Source: Candidatus Microgenomates bacterium (GTDB taxonomy: Bacteria; Patescibacteriota; Microgenomatia; UBA8517; JACQJR01). From it: a stretch of DNA of 64,000 bases. This document shows positions 51,362 through 62,315 of this stretch, piece after piece. How positions within the stretch are numbered: the first letter of the stretch is position 1; each line of letters begins with the position of its first letter. A model generated the notes under the pieces. That model searched no databases. It was not told the origin of the DNA and was given only the letters and a program-made list of their open reading frames with translations. Made by a program: the position numbers and the translations under genes. Location: assembly GCA_016204995.1 (NCBI GenBank), contig JACQJR010000002.1, positions 2,557 to 66,556 on the forward strand, in the 5' to 3' direction.

Positions 51362-53371
51362 ATGCTGGAATTCTTTTCGCAGTATACTTTTCCGATTGTG
51401 TTGGGATCGGCCGGGCTGGCTGTTCTTTACGCCCTTTATTTAATTTCCCAAATTGTGAGAGAGCCTCGCGGCAATGAAACGATGATCAAAATTGCTGATG
51501 CTATTTACGAAGGCGCCAATGCTTATCTGAAAAGACAATATAGCGTCGTAGCAGGTATTGCGGCCTTGCTGGCGGTCATTATTACCGTTGTCCTTGGTTT
51601 ACATGTCGCGGTAGGTTTTTTATTAGGCGCGACTTTATCGGCTGCCGCCGGTATTATCGGCATGCATGTTTCAGTTAGAGCTAACGTCCGGGTGGCCCAA
51701 GCAGCTCAAAAGGGGATGGCCGCCGCTCTTAATCTCTCTTTTAAGGGTGGAGCAGTTACCGGTTTATTAGTAGCAGGATTAGCACTACTGGCTGTGACTG
51801 TGACTTTCGTCTTTGCCACCAATGTCCTTGGTTTACCCCAATCTCAAGTGATGACCACTTTAGTTGGATTAGGTTTTGGCGGTTCTTTAATTTCTGTTTT
51901 CGCCCGACTGGGCGGGGGAATTTTTACCAAAGCGGCTGATGTCGGCACTGACATGGTCGGCAAAATTGAAAAGGGAATTCCGGAAGATGATATCCGAAAT
52001 CCTGGAGTAATTGCTGATCAAGTGGGCGATAACGTCGGAGACTGCGCCGGTATGGCGGCTGATTTATTTGAAACTTATGTGGTGACGGCTGTTGCCACTA
52101 TGCTACTTGGCGTACTGGGAGGTCGGGGAGAAACGGTGATTACTTTTCCCTTACTGGTTGGTGCAGTAGCACTCCTAGCCACTATTATCGGTACTTTATT
52201 TGTCAAACTACCTAAATCCGGCAGTATCATGGCCGCTTTGTACCAGGGCTTAATTGCGACTGTTATTCTAACTGCCATTTTACTTTTTCCCATCACCAAA
52301 GCCTATTTTGGCCTCGGCATGTTCGTGGCTATTATCGTCGGCTTTGCCCTCTCTTTAATCATGGTAGCTATCACTGAATATTTCACCTCTAAAAAATTTA
52401 GCCAGGTTAGAAATCTGGCCCAGAGCGGCGAAACCGGCCATGCCACTAACATGATTGCCGGTCTGGCTTTGTCTTTACGTTCCACTTTTATGCCCATTTT
52501 AGCTATCGGCCTTGGTACCTTAATTGCTTATCAAGCCGGCGGACTTTATGGAATTGCTGTCGCCGCCGCCGCCATGTTGTCATTAACCGGTATGGTGGTC
52601 GCAATTGACGCCTTTGGCCCGATTACTGATAACGCCGGCGGTATTGCTGAAATGGCAAATTTACCCGAAAAAACTCGTAAAGTCACGGATGCCTTGGACG
52701 CAGTCGGCAACACTACCAAAGCTGTTACTAAAGCTTATGCTATTGCCTCGGCTGGCCTAGCCGCTCTAGTTTTATTTGCCTCTTATACTCAAGAATTAGG
52801 CGCAGGATCGGCTTTGAGTTTTTCTCTGGCCAGTCCCACAGTTTTAGTAGGATTATTTATTGGTGGAGCTTTGCCATATTTATTTGCCAGTTTTGCTATG
52901 GAATCAGTCGGCAAAGCTGCTGGCGCTGTCGCTACCGAAATCCGCCGCCAGTTTAAAGAAGATAAAGGAATTATGAAAGGTACCAGTAAGCCTGACTACC
53001 ACCGAGCTGTTGATTTGGTAACACGGGCAGCTTTAAGGGAGATGATTACGCCAGCACTTTTACCCATCCTCGTACCGATAATTGTGGCCTTTACTCTAGG
53101 TGCTCAAGCTTTGGGCGGATTATTGTTAGGTACGATTGTCACCGGACTATTTATTGGTTTATCTATGACTACGGGGGGAGCAGCCTGGGATAATGCTAAA
53201 AAATATATTGAAGATGGACATTTTGGCGGCAAAGGCAGTTTTGCCCATCAAGCCGCTGTGACTGGCGATACTGTCGGCGATCCCTATAAAGATACTGCCG
53301 GTCCGGCCATTAACCCGATGATTAAAGTAGCCAACATCGTCGCCCTGCTTTTAGCCCCGCTTTTGGCCTAA
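51362..53371 (+). CDS. hppA: Membrane-bound H+-translocating pyrophosphatase, K+-independent type
   Basis: [24 protein letters not shown] (Lys at the K+-dependence site), [10 protein letters not shown]. Confidence 0.95.
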   Translation: MLEFFSQYTFPIVLGSAGLAVLYALYLISQIVREPRGNETMIKIADAIYEGANAYLKRQYSVVAGIAALLAVIITVVLGLHVAVGFLLGATLSAAAGIIGMHVSVRANVRVAQAAQKGMAAALNLSFKGGAVTGLLVAGLALLAVTVTFVFATNVLGLPQSQVMTTLVGLGFGGSLISVFARLGGGIFTKAADVGTDMVGKIEKGIPEDDIRNPGVIADQVGDNVGDCAGMAADLFETYVVTAVATMLLGVLGGRGETVITFPLLVGAVALLATIIGTLFVKLPKSGSIMAALYQGLIATVILTAILLFPITKAYFGLGMFVAIIVGFALSLIMVAITEYFTSKKFSQVRNLAQSGETGHATNMIAGLALSLRSTFMPILAIGLGTLIAYQAGGLYGIAVAAAAMLSLTGMVVAIDAFGPITDNAGGIAEMANLPEKTRKVTDALDAVGNTTKAVTKAYAIASAGLAALVLFASYTQELGAGSALSFSLASPTVLVGLFIGGALPYLFASFAMESVGKAAGAVATEIRRQFKEDKGIMKGTSKPDYHRAVDLVTRAALREMITPALLPILVPIIVAFTLGAQALGGLLLGTIVTGLFIGLSMTTGGAAWDNAKKYIEDGHFGGKGSFAHQAAVTGDTVGDPYKDTAGPAINPMIKVANIVALLLAPLLA

Positions 53372-53382
53372 AACCCCTCTTT

Positions 53383-53753
53383 GTCATTGCGAGCGAAGCG
53401 AAGCAATCTCTACAATATAATGGATGGAGCAGAAACAATATTATACTTATATAGCTACCAACAAAGGTAATAATGTAATTTACACCGGTGTGACTAACAA
53501 TTTAATCCGCCGAATTTTTTGAACACAAAAATAAATTAGCTTCAGGTTTTACCTCCAAATATAACATCAATAAATTAGTTTATTATGAAGTTTTTAATGA
53601 TATTAATGAGGCTATAAAGAGAGAAAAGCAGATTAAAGGTGGATCAAGAGCTAAAAAATTAAAGTTAGTAGAGACAATAAATCCAGAATTTAAAGATCTA
53701 TATGAGGATATTGTTAGATGAGATTGCTTCGTCGCCACGCTCCTCGCAATGAC
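53383..53753. mobile_element. GIY-YIG nuclease cassette bounded by inverted REP-like repeats
   Basis: GTCATTGCGAG..CGAAGCAATCTC (53383-53410) and GAGATTGCTTCG..CTCGCAATGAC (53720-53753). Confidence 0.75.
53424..53721 (+). pseudogene. GIY-YIG endonuclease (YhbQ-like), +1 frameshift in T6 run at 53515-53520
   Basis: YYTYI.TN...VIYTGVTNNL.RR / EHK....GFTSKYN..KLVYYE..AI.REKQIK. Confidence 0.85.
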
Positions 53754-53824
53754 ATAGTATGGGTAAGTTTCCCCCAAACTTGTCCTTGATTGTTTAGCTT
53801 CATTTCAAGTATAATTAAATAATT

Positions 53825-56434
53825 ATGCCCGATCAAAATATTGGCAAAATTCAGCCGATAGAAATCACTAAAGAGCTTCAGAAATCTTACCTTGATTATG
53901 CCATGTCAGTGATCGTGGCCCGCGCACTTCCTGATGTTAAAGACGGCCTCAAACCGGTTCACCGCCGAATTTTATATGCCATGTACCGGATGGGTTTGCG
54001 GCCTGGTGGAGCTTTTACCAAATCGGCCAAAGTAGTCGGAGAAGTCTTGGGTAAATACCATCCCCACGGCGACATGCCGGTTTACGATGCACTAGTCCGT
54101 TTGGCTCAAGATTTTTCCATGCGCTATCCCTTGGTAGATGGGCAGGGAAATTTTGGTTCAGTGGACGGCGATCCGCCGGCGGCTATGCGTTACACCGAAG
54201 TTAGGTTGCCACAAATTGCCTTGGAAATGCTGGCTGATTTAGACAGCGATACCCTGGAATGGACGGAAAATTTTGACGCCACTCTCAAAGAACCGGTTTT
54301 TTTGCCGGCCAAATTACCAAATTTGCTCTTGATGGGCGCTGACGGCATTGCTGTGGGTATGGCCACTAAAATCCCACCGCATAATTTAAGAGAAATCGCC
54401 GCGGCCATTACCATTACTATTAATAAAGGAGCTATTACGCCTCTCGCCGACGGCCAGGAATCAGGCTCCGAATTTGCCATTAAAAAAATTGAGTTGGAAG
54501 TCAGTCAAGGCAAAACTACCACACCCATCACTGAAATGACAGTACCTCATTTTAGTTTTGATTCTGATGTCACTACTGAAGAATTAGTAGCTTTGATGCC
54601 TGGTCCGGATTTTCCCACTGGCGGGGCAATTTATGATGCAAAATCCTTAGTGGAAATCTACGCCACCGGCCGGGGTAAAATTATCGTCCGGGGAATTGCC
54701 AAAATTGAAGAAGGGGGTAAGGGCAAAACCAAAATCACCATCACCGAAATTCCTTATCAAGTTAATAAATCGCAACTGGTAGCTCGAATTGCCCAACTGG
54801 CCCGCGATAAAAAAATTGTTGGTATTTCCGATTTGCGCGATGAATCGGACAGAACCGGCATGTCCGTAGTGATTGAACTGAAAAAAGACGCTAAACCCAA
54901 AGCAGTTTTAAATAATCTTTACAAGCACACGGCTTTACAAAGCAGTTTTCCGGCCAACTTTGTGGCTTTGGTAGACGGCGTACCGCATACTTTAACCTTA
55001 AAACGGATTTTAACTCAATATATTGATCATAGACAACAAGTCGTCGTCCGGCGGACAGTTTTTGAACTGCGCGAGAGCCGCCGCCGGGCCCATATTTTAG
55101 ATGGTTTAAAAATTGCCCTGGACAATTTGGATGCTGTCATTGAAACCATCCGCCGGGCAGCCGATGCCGATGAAGCCAAAAGTAAGCTAATGAGTAAGTT
55201 TGGCTTGTCAGAACTACAAACTATTGCTATTTTAGATATGCAGTTACGTCGTTTGGCCAGACTTGAGCGAGAGAAAATTGAAGCCGAATGGAAAGAGTTG
55301 CAAGCTAAAATTAAAGACCTGGAAGGAATTTTAACTACGCCGAAGCGAATTTTAGAAATTATCCAAACTGAACTGAAAGAATTAACAGCCAAATACGGCG
55401 ATGAACGCCGCACCAAAATTTATCAAACTAAACTAGGCGAATTTTCCCAGGAAGATTTAGTAGCAAAAGAAGAAACTTTAATCACTTTAACTTCTGGCGG
55501 CTATATTAAACGAGTGCCTTTGGCAACTTACAGGCAGCAGGCCCGCGGAGGCAAAGGAGTCTTAGGTATGTCAGATAAAAAAGAAGATGAGATCGTTCAT
55601 TTAACTAGCGCTTCTACTCATGACCAGCTTTTGGCTTTTACTGATCGCGGCCGGGTTTTTGCCACACCGGTTTGGGAAATTCCTGAAACCAGCCGTTTAG
55701 CCCGCGGCCAAGCTTTAGTTAATCTAATTAATATTGAACAAGGCGAAGAAATTCAAACGATTTTACCCATGACTAAAGAGGGCGGACATAAATTCTTACT
55801 GATGGCGACTCAAAAAGGAGTCATTAAGAAAACTGCCCTGACGCAATTTGCCAATATCAGAAGCCGCGGTATCACTGCTATCAAATTAGAAAAGGGTGAT
55901 AAATTGGTCTGGGTCAAACCTACCCTCGGTACTGATCATGTTTTATTGGTGACTCAAAAAGGTAAAGCTATTAAATTTCGGGAAGAAAATGTGCGATCCA
56001 CTGGCCGCGACACCATGGGAGTCCGAGGTATTAGGTTATCAACCGGCGATACATTGGTAGGCATGGAGGTAATTGCCAGCCAGGACAGCAGCCAAGTTGA
56101 CGGTAGAAAAAAACCATTTACCGACGTTTTGGTCGTTACTGAACACGGTATCGGCAAAAGAACGCCGATTAAATTGTTTACTGTTCAAGGCCGCGGCGGC
56201 GTCGGTATTAAACTCGCCAATATTAACAGCAAAACGGGTAGTATTGTCTCCGCTTTTTTTGTCACCGAAGACATTGACCAAATCGTCATCACCTCCCGCG
56301 GCAACCAAGTTATCAAAATGCCCCTGCGCAACGTGCCGGTTTTGGGCCGCAATACTCAAGGAGTCATTCTAATGCGATTTGCCGATAAAGGGGATACGGT
56401 AGCGGCCGTGGCCACTCTGGAAAAAGAAGTTTAA
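53825..56434 (+). CDS. gyrA: DNA gyrase subunit A
   Basis: [22 protein letters not shown], GyrA-box QARGGKG. Confidence 0.97.
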   Translation: MPDQNIGKIQPIEITKELQKSYLDYAMSVIVARALPDVKDGLKPVHRRILYAMYRMGLRPGGAFTKSAKVVGEVLGKYHPHGDMPVYDALVRLAQDFSMRYPLVDGQGNFGSVDGDPPAAMRYTEVRLPQIALEMLADLDSDTLEWTENFDATLKEPVFLPAKLPNLLLMGADGIAVGMATKIPPHNLREIAAAITITINKGAITPLADGQESGSEFAIKKIELEVSQGKTTTPITEMTVPHFSFDSDVTTEELVALMPGPDFPTGGAIYDAKSLVEIYATGRGKIIVRGIAKIEEGGKGKTKITITEIPYQVNKSQLVARIAQLARDKKIVGISDLRDESDRTGMSVVIELKKDAKPKAVLNNLYKHTALQSSFPANFVALVDGVPHTLTLKRILTQYIDHRQQVVVRRTVFELRESRRRAHILDGLKIALDNLDAVIETIRRAADADEAKSKLMSKFGLSELQTIAILDMQLRRLARLEREKIEAEWKELQAKIKDLEGILTTPKRILEIIQTELKELTAKYGDERRTKIYQTKLGEFSQEDLVAKEETLITLTSGGYIKRVPLATYRQQARGGKGVLGMSDKKEDEIVHLTSASTHDQLLAFTDRGRVFATPVWEIPETSRLARGQALVNLINIEQGEEIQTILPMTKEGGHKFLLMATQKGVIKKTALTQFANIRSRGITAIKLEKGDKLVWVKPTLGTDHVLLVTQKGKAIKFREENVRSTGRDTMGVRGIRLSTGDTLVGMEVIASQDSSQVDGRKKPFTDVLVVTEHGIGKRTPIKLFTVQGRGGVGIKLANINSKTGSIVSAFFVTEDIDQIVITSRGNQVIKMPLRNVPVLGRNTQGVILMRFADKGDTVAAVATLEKEV

Positions 56435-56455
56435 GTAGACCTTGGCCTATGAAGG

Positions 56456-57070
56456 CTAAAAAATCTTCACTTTGGCTTTTTGCTTCAGCTCCTGAAACTT
56501 TGCTTGAATAATCTGCATTAGTTTTTGCTGTTTCACCGCTTCTTCTGCTTCTTTTTTCTGACCGGCCGAATCAGTAGCTGTTAATTGAGTCTTATTTTCT
56601 TTAATAAATTTATCAATTTCTTCCGCCGAGATTGAAGCTTCACTCTCATACATTTTTTTGACTGCCAGTTCAATTCTAATCTGTTCGGTAAAGCTGGCCC
56701 GATTTTGTCCTTGATAAGACAAAACCTGGGCAAAGGCTTCTTTGCCGCCGTATTGTTCTTCCAATTTATTAACCTGTTCATTAACCTCGGCTTGGGTGGG
56801 AATGGCATTGCGACTGGCCGCCTCGCCCAAAATAACTTTTTCGTTAATCAAATTTTCTAAACCGACAATGCGATAATCTTGATTGAGTCGCCCAAAGAGC
56901 TCAATGCTGGTGATCGGATAACCATTGACCGTCGCGGCAATAAACCAGCCGGGCCTAACAACGCCTAGCACGACCAGCACCGCTATCACTCCTACCACCC
57001 ACAACCATTTTTTGCTAAATTTTACGGGAAAACGAGAAGTTGTGCTCACCAATTCTTTTTCTCTCGGCAT
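56456..57070 (-). CDS. SurA/PrsA N-terminal-domain chaperone-like protein
   Basis: TM, ATVNG.PI, LI.EK.I..EA, LKQKAKVKI C-terminus. Confidence 0.75.
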   Translation of the reverse strand: MPREKELVSTTSRFPVKFSKKWLWVVGVIAVLVVLGVVRPGWFIAATVNGYPITSIELFGRLNQDYRIVGLENLINEKVILGEAASRNAIPTQAEVNEQVNKLEEQYGGKEAFAQVLSYQGQNRASFTEQIRIELAVKKMYESEASISAEEIDKFIKENKTQLTATDSAGQKKEAEEAVKQQKLMQIIQAKFQELKQKAKVKIF

Positions 57071-57136
57071 AATCCTAATCATATCAATCCAGCCTCAATA
57101 ACACAAGGGGGAATTATTAACGAAAGTAACCTTCCG

Positions 57137-57170
57137 ACCTACGAGGTCGTACGCACGACACCTCGTAGGT
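57137..57170. repeat. REP doublet (REPIN-like) downstream of transposase
   Basis: ACCTACGAGGT-12nt-ACCTCGTAGGT. Confidence 0.85.
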
Positions 57171-57176
57171 GTAAAT

Positions 57177-57779
57177 CTAACCATCAAAAGTTAGATGCTC
57201 TATAAATGGATCTTTCTGGAATTTTATATTTGCTTTAACAAACTCTCTATAATCATTCACTGGATCTTTTGACGGAAAATATTCTAGAATTACCTCTTTA
57301 TTAACCAATTCATCTTTTTTATTCAATAAATAAGCTGCCAGCGAAGACCATTGATAGTTTAGAAGTTTCTCAAAAACATCACCTCCTAGATAAAGAAGCT
57401 CAACTGGATTTAAATGAATGTATCTAGAAAGATGGATTAGGTATTCATCCTTTTCCACCCTTTTAGCTTTAAATCGCCCCTGGAATAGTGAACCAACCAA
57501 ATCATACTTAACATTTATATATCTGGAATGGCTATTACAAATATCTGACATGAATCTACTTATTGAGTTATCAATTATTTGCTTAACTAGAAAATGAATA
57601 TGGTTTGGCATTAAGCAGTAAGTTAAAATTTCTAGAGGGTATTTCTTCTTATATTCAACTACTTTTTCTAAAAACCTTTCGTAATCTCTATAGTGAAAGA
57701 AGATTGACTGCTTTCTATTTCCTCGGTTATAAATGTGGTAATAACCTCCCGTCTCAAAATACCTAGGAGAAGTAGCCAT
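57177..57779 (-). mobile_element. HUH/Y1 tyrosine transposase (RAYT-like)
   Basis: YYHIYNRG, YCLMPNHIHFL, LFQGRFKA, YIHLNP, WSS; ATG at 57779 preferred. Confidence 0.88.
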
Positions 57780-57793
57780 TATCTTAAGTTTAG

Positions 57794-57827
57794 ACCTACG
57801 AGGTGGCAAATTCAACACCTCGTAGGT
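57794..57827. repeat. REP doublet (REPIN-like) upstream of transposase
   Basis: ACCTACGAGGT-12nt-ACCTCGTAGGT. Confidence 0.85.
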
Positions 57828-57837
57828 CGGTGATATT

Positions 57838-58767
57838 TTATTTATTTCCTCTATGAAAGGCTTCGTGAACTTCACGCAGTTGTTTATTTGTCACATGGGT
57901 GTAAATTTGGGTGGTCGCAATATTTTTGTGTCCCAACATTTCTTGCACACTCCTTAAATCAGCCCCAGCCATCAGTAAATCTGTGGCAAAAGAATGACGC
58001 ATGACGTGAGGCGTAACTTCTACCGGTAATTTTATTTTATGGCTGTATTTTTTAATCATCCGTTGGATTGAGCGGGGAGTGAGGCGCATTTTTTCATCCT
58101 CGGCTACCACATCAGTTTTACCGGTCATGCTGATAAAAAGCGGTTTGTAATTATCTTCTCTAACAGCTAAATAATCACGGATATATTCGGCGGCCCGGCG
58201 GGAAACAAAAACCACCCGCGGCTTTCGGCCTTTACCGATAATGCCAAACTCCCGATGATCCAGATCAATTTTATCGCGATCTAAACTAACCAACTCTGAT
58301 ACCCGCAGGCCGGTAGAAAAAAGTAATTCTAAAATGGCTTTATCGCGCTTGCCGCGGGGTGTGGATAAAGTAGGAGCGGCCAGCATCCTTTCCACCTGTT
58401 CACCATTTAAAAAAGTAGGGGAGGATCCTTCGGCTTTGGGTAAATCCAGTTTTTCCGGCCCAATGACCTCATAATCATTTTTGCGCAAATATTTTAAAAA
58501 GGCCCGCAGAGCAATAATATGGTAACTTTGGGTCTTCAAAGAAAGGGTTGCGCCACCAATATCTAAGCGAGATAGGTAAACACGGTACTTACGGATAGTT
58601 TCGGCAGTAATAGCCGATAAACTGGGATTTTTAACTTCTTTACTTAACCAATTTTCAAATCTGCGCAGATAATGATTATAGTTGCGAATGGTCAAGGGAG
58701 AAACATTCTTTTCCACTTCCAGATATTCTAAAAATTGACTAATAAAACCAGCTAAACTCTCCAGCAT
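57838..58767 (-). CDS. Tyrosine recombinase, XerC/XerD family
   Basis: TGLRVSEL, GKG.K.R, HVMRHSFAT, LGH..I.TTQIY. Confidence 0.93.
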   Translation of the reverse strand: MLESLAGFISQFLEYLEVEKNVSPLTIRNYNHYLRRFENWLSKEVKNPSLSAITAETIRKYRVYLSRLDIGGATLSLKTQSYHIIALRAFLKYLRKNDYEVIGPEKLDLPKAEGSSPTFLNGEQVERMLAAPTLSTPRGKRDKAILELLFSTGLRVSELVSLDRDKIDLDHREFGIIGKGRKPRVVFVSRRAAEYIRDYLAVREDNYKPLFISMTGKTDVVAEDEKMRLTPRSIQRMIKKYSHKIKLPVEVTPHVMRHSFATDLLMAGADLRSVQEMLGHKNIATTQIYTHVTNKQLREVHEAFHRGNK

Positions 58768-58824
58768 CCTAAAATTATTGTACGACTCTATTCAACTAGT
58801 TTCAAGATGTGATAAAATAAATTA

Positions 58825-59628
58825 ATGGAAGTTGGAGGAATTTTTGAAGGTATTGGTAATATTTTTAAGCGTAAAGAGCCTAAAGTATTAGCACCCAAAG
58901 AAAATCGTTGGAGCTATAATTATTTCCGCGAATATCTATTAGCCAGTCTCCGAGGCAAAGATTTTTTACTTCCACAAGATCAATATCCGGATAAAATAGA
59001 GTTAAGCCCTGACTGGTATATTACTCTCAATCAAATGCGTCAGGAGACCCAAGATGGGTTTGAAAGATGGGCATTAATTGGATTTAAGGAGGATAAAAGA
59101 ACTCTTTATTTACCTAGATTAACAGCCAAAGGGCTGTCAGATAAAGTTACACCCGATATCATGAATGCACAAATAAACAAGGCAAGATCACAGGTTGGTA
59201 TTGTAGACTTACTAGGACATATTCACTCTCACCCCAGAGGCCCATTTTTACAACCTGAAGATTCATCTACTTCGGCATTTTCTGCTCATGATTTGTATTT
59301 CTCGGTTGCCAAACCACAACCAATGTTCATGCTAGCCTTAGTAGAAGGTAATGAAAATCTATTTGTTTTTCGCGCCAAGGACAGTGAGGACCTAGACAGA
59401 AGTATATTTAATCAAGAATCTTTTTCAAATTACTGGCAAGAAAAAATGCTTTCAGCAAGAAACATAAATTGGGGCATGGCCGAACGTCATCGCCTGGTTC
59501 TTTATCGAAGCAAAGCCGGTCAAGATTTAGAAAAAGTCTTTCCACCGAGAACATCATTAGCTACTAACAATAAACAAGTCCAAGAAGGAAGAGTAGTAGG
59601 AATAAAAGTAATGAGTCCTAATAAATAA
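58825..59628 (+). CDS. Hypothetical protein with JAB/MPN (JAMM)-like motif
   Basis: GFERWALIG ... GHIHSHP ... FSAHD. Confidence 0.6.
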   Translation: MEVGGIFEGIGNIFKRKEPKVLAPKENRWSYNYFREYLLASLRGKDFLLPQDQYPDKIELSPDWYITLNQMRQETQDGFERWALIGFKEDKRTLYLPRLTAKGLSDKVTPDIMNAQINKARSQVGIVDLLGHIHSHPRGPFLQPEDSSTSAFSAHDLYFSVAKPQPMFMLALVEGNENLFVFRAKDSEDLDRSIFNQESFSNYWQEKMLSARNINWGMAERHRLVLYRSKAGQDLEKVFPPRTSLATNNKQVQEGRVVGIKVMSPNK

Positions 59629-60068
59629 TGGGAAATCAAAATTCACCTCGACAAATCAACATTCGTTTAAATCTACCTCAACTTAGGAATAAAGGAACAA
59701 TAATTCTCCTTACTTTACCTGTAATAATAATATCGTATTTTTTATTAGGGCTTAGCGGGTTAATAATCTTATCACCTTTAGTATTATTAATTGTCTCGAT
59801 CATGATTGGAGGTTATAAAGATTCTGGACACGGAGCAAACAGGACATTAAATTTTCTTAAAGTTGCTGTCCCAATTAGTTTAGTATTAGGTGTAATTTTA
59901 ACAAATCTTCTAGGTATAATATGTACTGCAGACGGAGGACCAAGATGTAAACCAGAACTTCATGTTTCTTTGATAGCAGGATTAATTTTATTGATAGTTT
60001 GGATAATATTTGTGTATATAGGGAAATTAATAAAGTATCTATTAAGGTCTATTAAACATTCTAATTAA
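59628..60068 (+). CDS. Small multi-pass membrane protein
   Basis: Four hydrophobic segments; coupled to the upstream ORF. Confidence 0.65.
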   Translation: MGNQNSPRQINIRLNLPQLRNKGTIILLTLPVIIISYFLLGLSGLIILSPLVLLIVSIMIGGYKDSGHGANRTLNFLKVAVPISLVLGVILTNLLGIICTADGGPRCKPELHVSLIAGLILLIVWIIFVYIGKLIKYLLRSIKHSN

Positions 60069-60077
60069 TTGAATATT

Positions 60078-62252
60078 TTAATTAGGCTTACCTACAACTT
60101 TAGCCACTTCAGCCAAAAAAAGATCAGTTCTTAATAAGACGCTGTGGGCAGGAAGAGTATTGGGATCACCAGCCTCCCATATGAATTTTACCTTATACCC
60201 CTCTATTTCCTTTTTAGAATTATTAACGATAGCAACTTCTTGTTTTACTAAACCATCATAAGAATTAGTAAAAGTAAAAAATTCTACGCCTTCTGCTTGC
60301 AAGATAAGAGCAGAATCCTCAACTGCTTTTGAAGTATTAGGATCATCCCCGAGTTTAATAAAATCTTTTGCAGCATCTCCCAGAAAACTACCTAAGTTAT
60401 CTATATCTATGGGGAAAAATGCTTTATTAATTCCCTTAAGGGGACTATCAATAGTTATCGCTCTACAGATAGACTCAGGATAAGTTAGAGCTAGCTGCTC
60501 GACCATATAACCTCCCTGGCTATGACCAACTAAAATAAATTGTGTTAAAGGAAAAAGTATTTTAGCTCTTTCTAAGAAAAGTTTTACCCTTTCTGTGTTT
60601 TCAGATATGTGACGTTTTGAATGACTCTCTTTATAGAAATCAGGTTTAATTATTCTCTTACCTTGTCCATCTTGGGACAATTCAACGTTATATGTTAGCT
60701 CTAAAAATTGGATGTCACTCCAACCAATAAGTTTTAAACCATCTTTCATTTTAGAAAATTTTTCAATCTGATATTCACTAGTAGAAGCGGATAGACCTTT
60801 TATAGAAGAATCCCAACCATCAATAAAAATAATCATAATAGGACGTTGGGGATCAACCAAAGAACCATTCCAATCAATAAATAAATCTTTAGGAAAGTCT
60901 TTCTTATCTATTTTATCTGATAACCATTGAGGAATTTCCCAAATTTTAAAATTTCTTTGCCGCAATTTAGAAAATTTATTTAAATCTTCTTCAACCTTAT
61001 ATCTGCCCCCGTTATTCAAATACCAATTACTCTTATCAGGTAAAGAAACTAAATTACCTTCACTGAATCCTAACTTATTTTTTGACTCGGGGATTTGGGA
61101 AATTAAATCTTCAGAAATATTTTTCGGTTTTGGGGCGGCAAAAATTTCCCAAACAGTAGGGGAGACAGAATACTTTCGACCTTGATTAAGGAAAAACATC
61201 CCCTTATCCGTTTTTACAAAATCACCCTCGCCAATAGAAGTAGAATGAACGGAAAAGAAAGTATCGCCGCGAGGTGAGGTACCGGCTGCGCCTAAACTTA
61301 TTTTTTCACCGGTAGTCACAGAAATAACAAATATTTCGGCCTGAAACGGCTCCCGCGCATTAATATTAGTGATGGTATCTGTATACCCAATCAGCCAGTC
61401 AGGCCATAAAAAGTTAGAAGGAATTAGCTGATTATTTTTATCGTACTTGATAGATGTCTTTTTAGTAACGGTATTTTCCTTAACTTTATATAAATAGATA
61501 TCAATCGCCCTTGCCTCATAATTAAGTTTATGAATTAAAGCTTCATTATCACTTATATAAATAAAGTTTCTTTTACGGCCCCACCTTTCCAAAACCACAT
61601 CCGTTCCTTTGATTGGTTTAACCTCGTGTTCCAAATCTGGTATGGCGACAAGTTTGTTTCTATCCGTCATAAAAGAATTGCTATTAAAATCCCATACATA
61701 GGTTTGAGTGGCAGGGTCACTTTCTCCACCACCAGTTATAGCCAACATTGATCCATCAACTGACCACGCCAAAACACCATAAGGAGACGAGATAGGAAAG
61801 TCCACCGCAAAAGCTTTAGATATCTGGCCGTGATCTAAATCAACTAGGTGAACATTACGGATATATTTACCAGGAGAGAAAAGACGAGAGGAAATAGCTA
61901 ATTTTTGTCCGTCAGGAGAAAAAGCTAAATCAAATGGACTGGGGTTATCAAAACGGGACGGCAAGACACCCTTAAAAATATCACCCCTATCCGGATTACT
62001 AACAGTGATTTGGCCATTTCTATCAATCGTGGCAAAGGTAAAACTGGATACACCCTTAATAAGCTCTAACTTCGGCTCTTCAACCCATTTAATAACTTCC
62101 GGCTGGAATTTGCGCTCTGGAATATCTAATTTTTTGTCGCCATCTTCACAGGCTACTAAAAATGAGGCAATCAGAGGAGCTCCTATTACAGTTCCTGCCA
62201 CCTTGGCACCATCTCCCAAGAATCTTCTCCTATCTCCGCGCCACTCAACCAC
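60078..62252 (-). CDS. Large lipoprotein: beta-propeller-like N-terminus plus alpha/beta hydrolase
   Basis: RRRFL..FLVAC leader, AFSPDG/AWSVDG repeats, GHSQGG, SPLKG, C-terminal His. Confidence 0.75.
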   Translation of the reverse strand: MVEWRGDRRRFLGDGAKVAGTVIGAPLIASFLVACEDGDKKLDIPERKFQPEVIKWVEEPKLELIKGVSSFTFATIDRNGQITVSNPDRGDIFKGVLPSRFDNPSPFDLAFSPDGQKLAISSRLFSPGKYIRNVHLVDLDHGQISKAFAVDFPISSPYGVLAWSVDGSMLAITGGGESDPATQTYVWDFNSNSFMTDRNKLVAIPDLEHEVKPIKGTDVVLERWGRKRNFIYISDNEALIHKLNYEARAIDIYLYKVKENTVTKKTSIKYDKNNQLIPSNFLWPDWLIGYTDTITNINAREPFQAEIFVISVTTGEKISLGAAGTSPRGDTFFSVHSTSIGEGDFVKTDKGMFFLNQGRKYSVSPTVWEIFAAPKPKNISEDLISQIPESKNKLGFSEGNLVSLPDKSNWYLNNGGRYKVEEDLNKFSKLRQRNFKIWEIPQWLSDKIDKKDFPKDLFIDWNGSLVDPQRPIMIIFIDGWDSSIKGLSASTSEYQIEKFSKMKDGLKLIGWSDIQFLELTYNVELSQDGQGKRIIKPDFYKESHSKRHISENTERVKLFLERAKILFPLTQFILVGHSQGGYMVEQLALTYPESICRAITIDSPLKGINKAFFPIDIDNLGSFLGDAAKDFIKLGDDPNTSKAVEDSALILQAEGVEFFTFTNSYDGLVKQEVAIVNNSKKEIEGYKVKFIWEAGDPNTLPAHSVLLRTDLFLAEVAKVVGKPN

Positions 62253-62315
62253 CGTTCCAGTTTAAAAACAAAAGATAATTTTTGTCAAATGAAAAATTTT
62301 ACGAAAGTTTGGTTA

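Noticed and set aside
57137..57827. CRISPR-like repeat-spacer units
   Set aside because: Only inverted doublets with 12-nt spacers flanking a transposase; no array and no cas genes
57838..58767. Integron integrase or prophage integrase
   Set aside because: Looks like a housekeeping Xer protein; no IntI insertion, attC array or phage genes seen
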